A program made the translations under genes and the position numbers. Below, in pieces: positions 1 to 10,617 of a DNA stretch of 36,349 nt. A model generated the notes under the pieces. The model had not been told where the DNA came from. It worked only from the letters and a program-made list of their open reading frames with translations, and did not search any database. The stretch comes from Candidatus Krumholzibacteriia bacterium (GTDB lineage: Bacteria; Krumholzibacteriota; Krumholzibacteriia; LZORAL124-64-63), in contig JACZKN010000487.1 in NCBI GenBank assembly GCA_014859985.1, forward strand, positions 1 to 36,349, written 5' to 3'. The first letter of the stretch is position 1. Every line of letters starts with the position of its first letter.

Positions 1-709
1 GGCGCAGGCCGGCCGGGGCGCGCACCGCAGCCAGGGGCGCCGCGTCGCCCAGCTCGTCGCGCAGGGCGCGGGCGATGACCCGCCACTTGCGGGTCGAGGC
101 GATCAGGCCCAGGTACCAGGGACGTGCGCCGGAGCCCAGCACGGCGGCCAGCACCCGCTGGTCGCCCACGTGGCCATGGGTGGCGATCACCACGGCGGAC
201 TCGTCCAAAGCCGGCAGGTCGGGCAGGGTCTCGTAGTCGGGTCCGGCCTGCAGGCACAGCCCGGACCGGCCGGCCAGGTACTCGGGGCGGCAGTCCACCA
301 GCACGGGCACGATGCCCAACGGCGGCAGCAGCGGCGCCAGGGCCTGGCCGATGTGCCCGGCGCCGAAGAGGTAGGCCCGCCGCGCGGGGGCCAGGCGATC
401 GTAGAAGAGGGTGACCTTGCCGCCGCAGAGCATGCCCGTGGCCACGTCGTGGCTGCCGGGGCGGTCCTCGTCCAGGAGGTACTCGCGCAGGAGGGGCTCG
501 CCGCTCGCCAGGACAGCCTGGGCGTCGGCCAGCGCGTGCTTTTCGATGGCCCCGCCGCCCACGGTGCCGGCCACGCGGCCACCGGCGTCGACCAGCATGC
601 GCGCCGGCGGGTCCAGGGGGACGTGGCCCTGCTTGGCGACCACCGTCACCAGCACGGCCGTCCGGCCCTGGCGCTGCAGGTCGACGATGGTGGTGAAGAT
701 GTCGTCCAT
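1..709 (-). CDS. XdhC/CoxI-family molybdenum-cofactor insertion accessory protein; 3' end runs off the left edge of the window
   Basis: Hand translation of the reverse strand from ATG at 709 gives MDDIFTTIVDLQRQGRTAVLVTVVAKQGHVPLDPPARMLVDAGGRVAGTVGGGAIEKHAL...GMLCGGKVTLFYDRLAPARRAYLFGAGHIGQALAPLLPPLGIVPVLVDCRPEY...VVIATHGHVGDQRVL...WYLGLIASTRKW. This is an XdhC N-terminal domain followed by the XdhC Rossmann domain. It is absent from the ORF track because no stop lies inside the window. Confidence 0.85.
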   Translation of the reverse strand, partial: MDDIFTTIVDLQRQGRTAVLVTVVAKQGHVPLDPPARMLVDAGGRVAGTVGGGAIEKHALADAQAVLASGEPLLREYLLDEDRPGSHDVATGMLCGGKVTLFYDRLAPARRAYLFGAGHIGQALAPLLPPLGIVPVLVDCRPEYLAGRSGLCLQAGPDYETLPDLPALDESAVVIATHGHVGDQRVLAAVLGSGARPWYLGLIASTRKWRVIARALRDELGDAAPLAAVRAPAGLR

Positions 710-858
710 GCCGTCACTCCGGCTCCGACCGGATGCGCCGGGACCGCCGGCGGGGGCCGCCGGCGGCGCGGGTCCGGACGGGAGGGTTGATCGTCAACTA
801 TAGTCAATCTGAAACGCCGCGGTCAATGCAAGTCCATGGGTGATAACGAGAATCAGGG
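222..858. repeat. Direct repeat copy 1: intact 5' half of xdhC plus its upstream intergenic region
   Basis: Aligns by eye with 18021-18517 at about 95% identity. Copy 2 carries a 2-nt indel and lacks about 140 bp (copy-1 positions ~506-644). Homology starts at ggcagggtctcgtagtcgg and runs to gataacgagaatcaggg. Confidence 0.9.
797..826 (-). promoter_or_regulatory. Sigma-70-type promoter for xdhC (TTGACC-N18-TATAGT on the minus strand)
   Basis: The minus strand reads TTGACCgcggcgtttcagattgacTATAGT. The -35 is the complement of 821-826 and the -10 the complement of 797-802, about 80 nt upstream of ATG 709. It lies in a locally AT-richer island. The -10 sits inside the 8-bp palindrome ACTATAGT, so TATAGT also reads on the plus strand. 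Confidence 0.5.
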
Positions 859-986
859 TGGTGGGGCGGCGCCTGCAGGCGGCACCTGCCAGCCGGCCGA
901 AAATCCGCCCGCGCTTTACGACTGGAACGGTTTGAATTACCCTGTCCATTCCCTGCGCCCAGGTGATTCCCCCCGAAAGGTCCCCG

Positions 987-3620
987 ATGATCGGCAAGAG
1001 CCTCGCCCACTACGAGATCATCGACCTGCTGGGCAAAGGCGGCATGGGCGAGGTCTACCGCGCCCGCGACACCAAGCTCAAGCGCGACGTCGCGCTGAAG
1101 ATCCTTCCGCACCAGGTCTCGGGTGATCGCGAACGTGCCGCGCGCTTCGAACGCGAAGCCCACACCCTGGCCAGCCTCCAGCACGCGAACATCGCGTCGA
1201 TCTACGGCTACGAGGAAGTCGAGGGCGTGCGCTTCCTCGCCATGGAGCTCGTCGAAGGCGAGGACCTGGCCCAGCGCCTGAAGCGGGCTCCGCTGTCCGT
1301 CGACGAGGCGCTGCGGATCGGGCTGCAGGTCGCGATCGGCCTGGAAGCCGCGCACGAACGCAACATCGTGCACCGCGACCTGAAGCCGGCGAACGTGAAA
1401 GTCGATCCGCAGGGCGCCGTGAAGATTCTCGACTTCGGCCTGGCGCGCGCGGTGAGCGGGGAGTCCGACAGTCCGGGCGATCCCGCGCTGTCGCCCACGA
1501 TCACGGCGGCGATGACGCATGCCGGCATGATCCTCGGCACCGCCGCCTACATGAGTCCCGAACAGGCACGCGGCAAGTCGATCGACAAGCGTTCGGACAT
1601 CTGGTCCTTCGGCGTGATGCTGTACGAGATGCTCACCCGCGCGCAGCTCTACAGCGGCGAGACGGTCACCGACATCCTGGGCGCGATCGTCCACGGCCGG
1701 CCCCACCTCGATGCCCTGCCGAAGGACGTGCCGCCGGCGGTGCAGACGCTGCTGCGGCGTTGCCTGACGCCCGACGTGCACGAGCGGCTGCGCGATATCG
1801 GCGAGGCGCGGGTCGTGCTGGGCCGGCCCTACGATGTCCCGGCCGGCGATAATGCACCGGCCGCGACGAAGTCCAACCGATCGCTGATCGTGGTGAGTCT
1901 CGTCCTCCTGGCGACCGCCGGCGCGCTGGGCGCGAAGCTGCTGCTGACGCAGAAGCCCCCCGCGCCGATCGTGCAGGCGTCGATCGCCCTCCCACCGCAG
2001 CACACGCTCCTGACGACGGGTCCGCGCGGGGGTGCGCTGCGCGTCTCGCCCGACGGGCGCGCGCTCGCCTTCGTGGCACAGAAGGACGGCAAGCGTCAGA
2101 TCTGGGTCCGCCAGGTCGACCAGCGCGACGCCTATGCGGTGCAGGGAACCGAAGGCGGACACCGTCCCTTCTGGTCGCCCGACGGGCGCTCGCTCGCCTT
2201 CTTCGTCGAGGGTGCGCTGCGTCGGGTCGCGGTCAGCGGGGGCGCTTCGCTCACGATCGCAGCGGCGCCTGACGGTCGCGGCGGTGTGTGGCTCCCCAGC
2301 GGCGAGATCGTCTTCGCACCCAGCCCGGGATCGGCACTGGTTGCCGTGCCGGCAGGTGGCGGCCAGCCCCGCCAGGTCACGCAGATGGGACTGCGCAGCC
2401 ATCGCGAACCGCGGGGTCTGCCGCTTCCGGGACGTTTTTTGTTCCTCGAGGATCGCGGCGGTGGGGTGTGGTTCGCCTGCGTCGGCAATGTCGACGGTTC
2501 GGCGCCCGTCGAGATCGTCGGCACCGGAGGTGGTGTCGAGTACGCCGACGGGCGTCTTCTGTACCTCAAAGGGCGCACGCTGGTGGCGCAGCCCTTCGAC
2601 CTCAACGCCCTGAAGCTGGGCGGCGATCCCACCCCGCTCGCCGAGAACGTCATCCGTGACAGTTCCTACGGGATCGGCGCGTTCTCGGTCTCCGAATCGG
2701 GAGTGCTGTGCTACCAGTCGGGCACGGGCGCCGGCGCCCAGCTCGCGTGGTTCGATCGGGCGGGAACCGAGACCGCAACTCAGGGTGCGCGCGCGGATTT
2801 CACCGAGGCGACCTTGTCGCACGACGGCACGACGATCGCCGCCGTACTCGACGATCTCAACGGGCGGTCCGACATCTGGTTGATCGACGTCGCGCGCGAC
2901 ACCCGGCAGCGCTTCACGTTCACGTCCGACGACGCCTCGAAGCGCCGGTCCGAGGTCCACTGGGCACCGGACGGCAGCTTTCTCGTCTTCTCCGTCGAGG
3001 ACGAAGATGGCAACGGCATCTATTCCAAGCGGACCGACGGCAGTGTTGGCGAGACGCTTCTGCTCAAGGAGACCGGAATCAACCTGTGGCCCTACGACGT
3101 CTCCTCCGATGGCAAATGGCTCCTGATTGGTCGCGAGGACGAGGCCAGCAACGAGGACCTGTGGGTTCTCCCGCTGACGGGCGACGGCGAGGCCCGGCCC
3201 GTATTCGAGACACCGTTCGACGAGTGGCCCTGCGCCATGTCGCCGGACGGCCGCTGGATCGCCGTCGACTCCGACGAGACCGGACGCCGCGAAGTCTACG
3301 TGATCCCGTTTCCCGCCGGCGGCGGTCGCTGGCAGGTCTCACGTGCGGGAGGACGCTTTCCGCGCTGGAACGCCACGGGTACCGAACTCTTCTTCGCCGA
3401 CCCCGAAGGGTCGATCCAGGTCGTGCAGGTCGAAGCGAAGGACTCGGTCTTCCGCACCGGCGATCCGCAGCGGCTCTTCGAGGCCAACCTTGCCCAGAGC
3501 TCGTACAACGAGTTCGACTACGATCGGGTGAACGATCGTTTCCTCATCCTGAAGCGTACCGTTCTGGACGCGCCGATCGCGTTGTACTTGAATTGGAGGG
3601 ACGCGTTGGAGGTGCGGTGA
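987..3620 (+). CDS. Ser/Thr protein kinase receptor: N-terminal Hanks-type kinase, single TM helix, C-terminal TolB-like (PD40/WD40-like) beta-propeller
   Basis: ORF-track frame 963..3620. Kinase motifs: GKGGMGEVYRA, VALK, HRDLKPANV, DFGLA, MSPEQ. TM segment: SLIVVSLVLLATAGALGAKLLL. Repeated PD40-type motifs: VSPDGRALAF, WSPDGRSLAFF, WAPDGSFLVF, VSSDGKWLL, MSPDGRWIAV. I prefer ATG 987 (MIGKSLAHYEI, preceded by GAAAGG at 6 nt) over the GTG at 963. Confidence 0.9.
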   Translation: MIGKSLAHYEIIDLLGKGGMGEVYRARDTKLKRDVALKILPHQVSGDRERAARFEREAHTLASLQHANIASIYGYEEVEGVRFLAMELVEGEDLAQRLKRAPLSVDEALRIGLQVAIGLEAAHERNIVHRDLKPANVKVDPQGAVKILDFGLARAVSGESDSPGDPALSPTITAAMTHAGMILGTAAYMSPEQARGKSIDKRSDIWSFGVMLYEMLTRAQLYSGETVTDILGAIVHGRPHLDALPKDVPPAVQTLLRRCLTPDVHERLRDIGEARVVLGRPYDVPAGDNAPAATKSNRSLIVVSLVLLATAGALGAKLLLTQKPPAPIVQASIALPPQHTLLTTGPRGGALRVSPDGRALAFVAQKDGKRQIWVRQVDQRDAYAVQGTEGGHRPFWSPDGRSLAFFVEGALRRVAVSGGASLTIAAAPDGRGGVWLPSGEIVFAPSPGSALVAVPAGGGQPRQVTQMGLRSHREPRGLPLPGRFLFLEDRGGGVWFACVGNVDGSAPVEIVGTGGGVEYADGRLLYLKGRTLVAQPFDLNALKLGGDPTPLAENVIRDSSYGIGAFSVSESGVLCYQSGTGAGAQLAWFDRAGTETATQGARADFTEATLSHDGTTIAAVLDDLNGRSDIWLIDVARDTRQRFTFTSDDASKRRSEVHWAPDGSFLVFSVEDEDGNGIYSKRTDGSVGETLLLKETGINLWPYDVSSDGKWLLIGREDEASNEDLWVLPLTGDGEARPVFETPFDEWPCAMSPDGRWIAVDSDETGRREVYVIPFPAGGGRWQVSRAGGRFPRWNATGTELFFADPEGSIQVVQVEAKDSVFRTGDPQRLFEANLAQSSYNEFDYDRVNDRFLILKRTVLDAPIALYLNWRDALEVR

Positions 3621-3627
3621 GCGACCT

Positions 3628-3660
3628 CGACGCCTCCGGGGCGTCTCGTCCGAGGCGTCG
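3628..3660 (+). terminator. Possible stem-loop just after the kinase stop codon
   Basis: cgacgcctc (3628-3636) is the exact reverse complement of gaggcgtcg (3652-3660). An alternative inner hairpin is gacgcc/ggcgtc. No U-tract follows, so an intrinsic-terminator function is uncertain. Confidence 0.3.
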
Positions 3661-3949
3661 GCCGGCATTCCTTGCTCTTGCCGCACCCTCCACCGCGACC
3701 ATCTCCTGCCCGGGGCCGGGGCAGTAGGGACGAAGGGGCGGTAGAGATTCCTTCCGCCGATTCCGCACAGGCTTGTGTTGGCAAGCGAACAGGCGTACGG
3801 CCGGCGTTCGTGTCGCGAAGACACCGCGAACGCAATATCGACATATTTCCCATGCCTTTGCCCATTTTCCGACCGTGCCGCCGATCCGGCTCGCCTCTTG
3901 AAAGGGCCTGGCCGGAACACGCAGGCCGATTTCAGAGGAGGCAGGCGCG

Positions 3950-4603
3950 ATGATCATTTTCGGTACGCGCGGCAAAGGCACGCCGGGCGAAGAACTTGTG
4001 ACCGAGGTCTGCCCGGTCTGCGGACACAGCCTGCATCGGACCTTCGGGATCACGAGCTACTTCCATGTCTTCTGGATACCGATCTTCCCCTATCGGAGAC
4101 GGGCGGGGCTGGTGTGCAGCCATTGCCAGTTGTCCCGGGTCGGCAAGAACCTGCCTCGCCGGGTTAATGAAGCGATTCGCCCGCAACTGTTCAGTCTGCC
4201 CAGGCTCCTGCCCTACTTCACGGGCCTATTCCTGCTGGCGGTGCTGGTGGCGTGGGGGAACTGGAACGACGCGCGCAAGCTGGAGCGGCATCTGGCTCTC
4301 ATCGACGACCCGCGGGTCGGCGACATCTACGAAGTGGACTCCTCCGAGATCTTTCGCGAGGCCGATCCGGAGTCCAAGTACCTGCTGTTGAAGGTCGTGA
4401 TGCGGGATGGCGAGGCCTTGGAGCTGGCGTCGGGCAGTCTGGGTTACAGCAGCTTCTTCGGCTGCAGGAACGCCATCGAGAACCGGGAGACCGAGCGGGG
4501 CCAGTACTTCCAGGCCGAGCGCATTCCCGTCGATATCAGGACCTTGAGGAAGTGGCGGGAACGGGGCGGCATTTTCGATGTCCATCGGCCCGCCGCGGAT
4601 TGA
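3950..4603 (+). CDS. Zinc-ribbon domain membrane protein of unknown function
   Basis: GGAGG lies about 9 nt upstream of the ATG. The N-terminus is IIFGTRGK...CPVCGH...FHVFWIPIFPYRRR...CSHCQ (CxxC...CxxC zinc ribbon with an embedded hydrophobic hairpin). A TM helix follows (LLPYFTGLFLLAVLVAWG), then a soluble C-terminal domain. The gene is visibly lower in GC than its neighbours. Confidence 0.75.
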   Translation: MIIFGTRGKGTPGEELVTEVCPVCGHSLHRTFGITSYFHVFWIPIFPYRRRAGLVCSHCQLSRVGKNLPRRVNEAIRPQLFSLPRLLPYFTGLFLLAVLVAWGNWNDARKLERHLALIDDPRVGDIYEVDSSEIFREADPESKYLLLKVVMRDGEALELASGSLGYSSFFGCRNAIENRETERGQYFQAERIPVDIRTLRKWRERGGIFDVHRPAAD

Positions 4604-4738
4604 AGGGAGCCCGTTGTTCCTGGAAGTGTGGGAGACCTTGGGGCAGTACGCGGCACACGCCGGCGGGTGGGCGACGGCGCAGCGGCGCGGGTGGCGACCG
4701 CAAGGGCGTCATTGGCGGGATACCAAAGGAGTGAAGGA

Positions 4739-4846
4739 ATGATCCTTCGCCAGCGCGTTTGGGGGCTGCTGACCCTATGCTGCTTCGTGGCGTCCTGCTC
4801 GAGTAGCCCGTGGCGGTCGGTCGTATTGCCAGGGGCGGAAAGATAA
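4739..4846 (+). CDS. Tentative 35-aa lipoprotein-like small ORF
   Basis: AAGGAG at 4726-4731 and GAAGGA just before ATG 4739. The product is MILRQRVWGLLTLCCFVASCSSSPWRSVVLPGAER, with a signal-peptide-like core and a VASC lipobox. It is too short for a confident call. Confidence 0.25.
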   Translation: MILRQRVWGLLTLCCFVASCSSSPWRSVVLPGAER

Positions 4847-5329
4847 TCTACGGTGAGCCGTCTGACAGGGCCGTGCTTTTCATTTCCCTGGGAGCGCTGG
4901 CGGCCATGCTGATCTGGCTTGGCTGGTCGACGACGATGGATACTTTGACGGCCAACTAGATCAGGCCACCGGCCGCGGGAGAGTCCCATGAAGGCGAAAG
5001 AGGGCCTGGTGGAGACCGTGGCGAACCTGGTGGACGCGGTGCCGGTGCGCCGTCTTCCATCCTGCCCTCACCCGGTCGCCGGTCTGCGCCGCACCGGCTG
5101 TTCGCGACCGGACACAGGGCCGTTCGCAACACCGCACACATCGGCGCCGTAAGCCGCCGCCCGACCGCCGCCCCTGCCTCAGCAAATGACTTAAATAGAA
5201 CAACTTATCGATTATCGGCCGGGGGCCACGGAATGGGCGCGCTGCTTGTTTGCAGCCCGGGCAGCGGCTGGCGGCGATTCCTCCGGCGACCGGAGGCCCG
5301 GCCGGCAGCCCAGCCCAGGAGGCAATCCC

Positions 5330-6598
5330 ATGCGACTGACCCATACCTTTCGTCCCCGTACCCTGGCGCTCGGCGCCTGCCTCTGCCTCGCGGCCCTCGG
5401 CGGCTGCAGCGACGACGATCCCCTGGGCCCGGTCGGCCCCACCGGCGAGCCTCTGGGCGATCCGTCGGCCAAGAGCGTGACGGTGATCCGCCAGGTCGGC
5501 CGCGACGCCCCGGCCGGCCAGGTGAGCGTCGTCGCCGATGGACGGACCTTCACCTGCTGGCCGTTCACGGGCACCTCGCTGGACGGCACGCCCAGCGACC
5601 CCGTGAACCTGGTCTTCACCGGCGCGGCCGACGTGCTCGCCATCCGCGAGGCGCTGCTGGGCCTGGACGGTGACCGCAGCGCCTTCGGTTTCCCGCCGGT
5701 CTACCCCTTTGACCAGCCCTGGCGCGACTGCGTCGGCGGCTACGCCCAGGTCACCTGGGAGGCCGACGCCGGCTGGGCCGGCTCGGTGGTGCAACTGACG
5801 GTGGGCGACTTCGGGCCGCTGCGCCTGCACCTGCGGCTGTTCCGCGTCGACGGGAACCTGACCCTCGGCGCCGCCCACTTCGAGCTGCAGATCCCCGGCA
5901 CGGCCGATCACCAGGTCCTCAGCTGGGAAATCGCCGAGCAGCTGGTGGCCGCGGACCTGCTGCGAGCCGGCCTGATCGACATGGCCAACCCGCCGGCACC
6001 GAGCGACCCCATCACCCCGGCGCCCTCGTTCCGCACCATCCCGGCGATGATCTACAACGGTCTGCCGCCGGAACTGGCCCAACTCATCGGCGGGCCGCTG
6101 CCGCCCGTGTCCGCGGACGTGCCCCTGCCCAACGACGGCATGGCGACGATCCTGCCCCTGGCCTGGACGCCGGCCGTGGCCGTCGGCCACCGCACCCTGA
6201 CCCACACCGCGACCTACGACCAGTTCGTGCCCCGCCCGTACTGCAGCGAGGGGCCCGCCGACTGGCTGTACGTCCAGGGCGACGTGGACTTCACCGTGGC
6301 CGTGGATGTGGACGCCCTGGGCGCCTTCACCCTCGAATCCTCCTACACCGGCGAACTGTGGGTCACGCCCATCGATCCGACGACCGGCCAGGTGCTGGGC
6401 GAGCCCTTCCGGGCCCGTGTCGCGGGCAGCCAGCACGGATTCATGTCGGCTGCGGGCAGCCTGCTCATGGCCCGCGACCGCATGATGACCCGGGAGGCCG
6501 ACGGACCGCAGATCACCGACACCGTGCTGCAGGTGCACGAGCGGGGCCCCGTCAAGTACCGCGGGTTCAACCGCTGCCTCGACGACGACACGCCGTGA
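5330..6598 (+). CDS. Lipoprotein of unknown function
   Basis: AGGAGG lies 7 nt upstream of ATG 5330. The N-terminus is MRLTHTFRPRTLALGACLCLAALGGCSDDD (lipobox LGGC). The longer ORF-track start at 5246 adds a non-signal, Arg/Gly-rich leader. I recognise no family motif. Confidence 0.8.
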   Translation: MRLTHTFRPRTLALGACLCLAALGGCSDDDPLGPVGPTGEPLGDPSAKSVTVIRQVGRDAPAGQVSVVADGRTFTCWPFTGTSLDGTPSDPVNLVFTGAADVLAIREALLGLDGDRSAFGFPPVYPFDQPWRDCVGGYAQVTWEADAGWAGSVVQLTVGDFGPLRLHLRLFRVDGNLTLGAAHFELQIPGTADHQVLSWEIAEQLVAADLLRAGLIDMANPPAPSDPITPAPSFRTIPAMIYNGLPPELAQLIGGPLPPVSADVPLPNDGMATILPLAWTPAVAVGHRTLTHTATYDQFVPRPYCSEGPADWLYVQGDVDFTVAVDVDALGAFTLESSYTGELWVTPIDPTTGQVLGEPFRARVAGSQHGFMSAAGSLLMARDRMMTREADGPQITDTVLQVHERGPVKYRGFNRCLDDDTP

Positions 6599-6669
6599 TC
6601 CGACGGCAGACCGCCGTAATGGGACAAACGCAGGCGCCGGGACAGCCCGGCGTCTGCTACAATGCGGCC

Positions 6670-9005
6670 ATGGTCAAGCGCTGGCACAGCAGGATGTCCT
6701 GGCGGCGGGTCGCCCTGGCCGCCGGGTTGCTCGGCCTCTTCCTGTGGGGGTTCGTGCACCAGGCCGAGGTGGCGAAGCTGCCCGGGGATTTCCCCTGGGA
6801 CAGGCTGGTCTATCCGGCGCTGATCGACGGCGTCACCGCGGCCTCGGCCAAGGAGGTGCGCTTCCTGGCCGAGGGACACGCGCACGGCACGCGGCTCACC
6901 GTCACACCGAACGTGGGTCCGCCGGTCGAAGCCCTCCTGGTCCCGGCGGGAACCGACGCCTACCTGGCCGTGACCGGCCTCAGCGGGCTGATCTTCTGGG
7001 CCGTCTGTGCGGGAGTGTTCCTGCCCCGCTACCGCGAACCCCACGTGCCCACCTTCTTCTGGATCCTGCTGCTGTACGGCTGCGGGGTGATGATGGGCGG
7101 CGTCTACTTCCACAACGACCCGCTGGACGACGCCAGCCTCTTCGGGCTGCTGCAACTGACCTGCCTGGCGGTGCTGCCGCCGGCCTTCCTGCGCCTGACC
7201 CTCACCTTTCCCGAGCGGTCACCCCTGCTGGACCGGCACCGCTGGCTGATGCCTACCCAGTGGGTTCTGGCCGCCGCGCTCATCCTCTGGCAGGCGCAAG
7301 CCTTCTGGTCCTACTTCGGCGCACCCGGACCCGCGACCGCGGCCGGCCTCGGGCCGCCACAGGCGGCGGCCGACGTGGTGATGCTGCTGACGGTCGCCGT
7401 CGGGTTCGGGGTGCTGGTGCGCCGCGTGCGCCGCCTGGGCGACTCGCGTGCCGGCAAGCAGATCCGCTGGCTGCTGTGGGGCTTCGCCGTGGGTGCAGCG
7501 CCCTACCTGGCCCTGCGCACGCTGCCGCAGCTGTTGGGTCTGACCCCGCCCCTGCCGGTCGGTGCCGACCGGGTCCTGGAGTTGGCGGTGCCCCTGTCGT
7601 TCGGCTTCGCCGTGGTCTGGGACCAGCTCCTGGACATCGACGTCATCATCCGCCGCAGCCTGCTGTACTCGGGCCTCGCCCTTGCGCTGGTGGCGGTCCT
7701 GCTGTTGCCGACGCTGGTGTTCGCGCATCACATGGGTGGACCCGCGCCCGGTTGGCCGACGGCGTTGCTGCTGGCTGCGGGGCTGGTCGCGGGCCTGGGC
7801 TTCTTCCCCCTGCGCACCCTCCTGGGCCGGCTCATCGACCGCTTCCTGTTCGGCCTCGGCCAGGACGACGAGGCGCGCCTGCACCAACTGGAGGCACGCT
7901 TCGCCGTCCTGCGGCGGCCCGAGGAGGTGGCCCCGGAGTTGACCGCGGCGCTGCGCCACCGTTTGGACTGCACGCTTTGCGTGGTCGAAGGCGCTCCCGA
8001 CCCCGTGCTCCCGGCGGACCTCGTGGGCCTGCCTGGCGCCACCGGCGACGACGAGGCCGATCACGACGGATTCCCCGCGAGCTGGCGGGAGCGCGGCTAC
8101 GTCCTGGCCCGTCGGCTGCACTGTTCGGGCGAGGACGACGCCGTCGTCCTGGTGGACCGGCGCCGCTCGGGCCGACGCTACGTGCCCGAGGACCTCGCCT
8201 TCCTGAACAAGGCCACGGCTGCCGCCGAAGGCGCCTGGGAGCGCCTGCACCTGAGGTGCATCGTGGCCGAGGAGGCCGAGGCGCGGCATCGGCTCGACGA
8301 ATTGAACCGGCTCAAGAGCCGCTTCCTGGCCCAGGCTGCCCACGACCTGAGGACTCCGGTGACGTCGGTCTCCTGGTCGGCGCGCAACCTCCTGGACGGG
8401 CTTGCGGGCGGCCTCACCCCGCGCCAGCGCGAGTACCTCGAATCCATCCGCGACGCGGCCGGACACCTGGACACGCTGGTGGCCAATCTCCTGCAGGCCA
8501 GCCAGCTGGAGCGCGCGGTGGTGGTGCCGTCGCTGGTCGACTTCGACCTTGCGCCGCGGGTGTCGGCGGCGGTCTCGGCGGTCCGGCCCCTGGCCGAGGG
8601 TGCGGGCGTGACCTTGGACGTCGATGCCCCGGCGGACCTGCGCCTGCACGCCGACGCCGAGAAGGTGGTCGAAGCCCTGGTCAACGTCCTGGACAACGCC
8701 ATCAAGTACACGCCGCCCGGCGGCAACATCCGGGTCACCTGCCGCGCCGGCACCCCCGGCCTGGCCGCCGTGGCGGTGCGCGACCAGGGCCCCGGCCTGG
8801 CCGGTCTGACCGACCCCTTCGCCCGCTATGCCCAGGGCGCACCCAGCCCCCATTCGACGCGGCGCGGCTTCGGACTCGGCTTGTACATCGTCAAGCAGTA
8901 CGTGGAAATGATGGGCGGCAGCGTCCGCGGCGAGAACGTCCCCGGCGGCGGCGCCGTGTTCACCCTGATCCTGCCGGCCGCCTCCCGGCCGGCGAAGGAG
9001 ATCCC

Positions 9006-9024
<19 letters not shown>
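6670..9024 (+). CDS. Sensor histidine kinase with a multi-pass N-terminal membrane domain
   Basis: H-box AAHDLRTPVTSV, N-box LDNAIKYTPPGG, G-boxes VRDQGPGL and GFGLGLYIV. Several hydrophobic helices lie upstream. The start is uncertain, with in-frame ATGs at 6619, 6670 and 6694. The ORF-track start at 6358 overlaps the upstream lipoprotein gene and is rejected. TACAAT at 6656-6661 could give a near-leaderless transcript for 6670. Confidence 0.85.
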
Positions 9025-10361
<1,337 letters not shown>

Positions 10362-10411
10362 CCAGCGCCCGATCCCCTGGTCCTGCCTCTTGCCCCTGGC
10401 CCGCACTCGAG

Positions 10412-10429
10412 TGTGCACAACTGCGCACA
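10412..10429 (+). promoter_or_regulatory. Candidate enhancer-binding (UAS) site: TGTGCACA-AC-TGCGCACA
   Basis: Two TG(T/C)GCACA octamers lie 10 bp apart centre to centre. The first is a perfect 8-bp palindrome, and the arms match 7/8 as an inverted repeat. They sit in the 256-bp gap between the NtrC-type regulator and the downstream operon. The TGCAC core resembles NtrC-family half sites. Confidence 0.3.
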
Positions 10430-10471
10430 GGGCGCCCCGGTTCCCGGCACCCGCCGGCGGTCGGCGGCCAC

Positions 10472-10486
10472 GGGCACGAGTTTGTC
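10472..10486 (+). promoter_or_regulatory. Weak -24/-12-like element (GGGCACGAGTTTGTC)
   Basis: A good -24 half (GGCACG) lies about 45 bp downstream of the palindrome pair and about 130 nt upstream of ATG 10618. At the canonical GG-N10 spacing the -12 dinucleotide is TC rather than GC, so this is not a consensus sigma-54 promoter. Confidence 0.2.
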
Positions 10487-10617
10487 AACTCCCTCTTACA
10501 CAACGGCTAACCCCTGCCCCCGGCGTGTCGCAGTCCGGCGGGCCCGGCGCTTGCGCTGGGGCAGGTGCATCCCGTGCGGCAGTACCGCCGCCGGAGCGTG
10601 GACGAAGGGGGAACATC

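Noticed and set aside
799-804. Plus-strand TATAGT (the palindrome ACTATAGT) as the promoter for the kinase gene; also TATAGT at 15124-15129 before LVIVD paralog 1
   Set aside because: There is no acceptable -35 or extended -10 at 16-19 nt on the plus strand: TTGATC is only 6 nt away at 787-792, and AATGAA is weak at 15101-15107. The recurrence of TATAGTC is noted but not called as a feature.
804-2960. 718-aa minus-strand ORF opposite the kinase gene. The same class includes 4961..6538(-), 8826..10418(-), 20918..22936(-), 23714..25165(-), 26770..30063(+), 6744..9005(+), 12817..13365(+) and many others in the track.
   Set aside because: These are Arg/Pro/Gly/Ala-rich, motif-free translations, typical of shadow frames in high-GC DNA. 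Each overlaps a frame with clear family motifs, a ribosome site and a signal peptide.
3672-3953. Short ORFs in the 330-bp gap after the kinase gene (for example 3672..3953 +, 3775..4167 +)
   Set aside because: They are Arg/Pro-rich, lack ribosome sites, and partly overlap the SD-preceded zinc-ribbon gene in another frame.
5233-5252. TGGGCGCGCTGCTTGTTTGC upstream of the lipoprotein gene as a sigma-54 promoter
   Set aside because: No GG-N10-GC register fits: the -12 position reads GT or TG. It is mentioned only because it lies upstream of the kinase/regulator block.
10378-10393. TGGTCCTGCCTCTTGC as a sigma-54 promoter just after the regulator gene
   Set aside because: The GG to GC spacing is 11 nt rather than the invariant 10, and the -24 half is poor.
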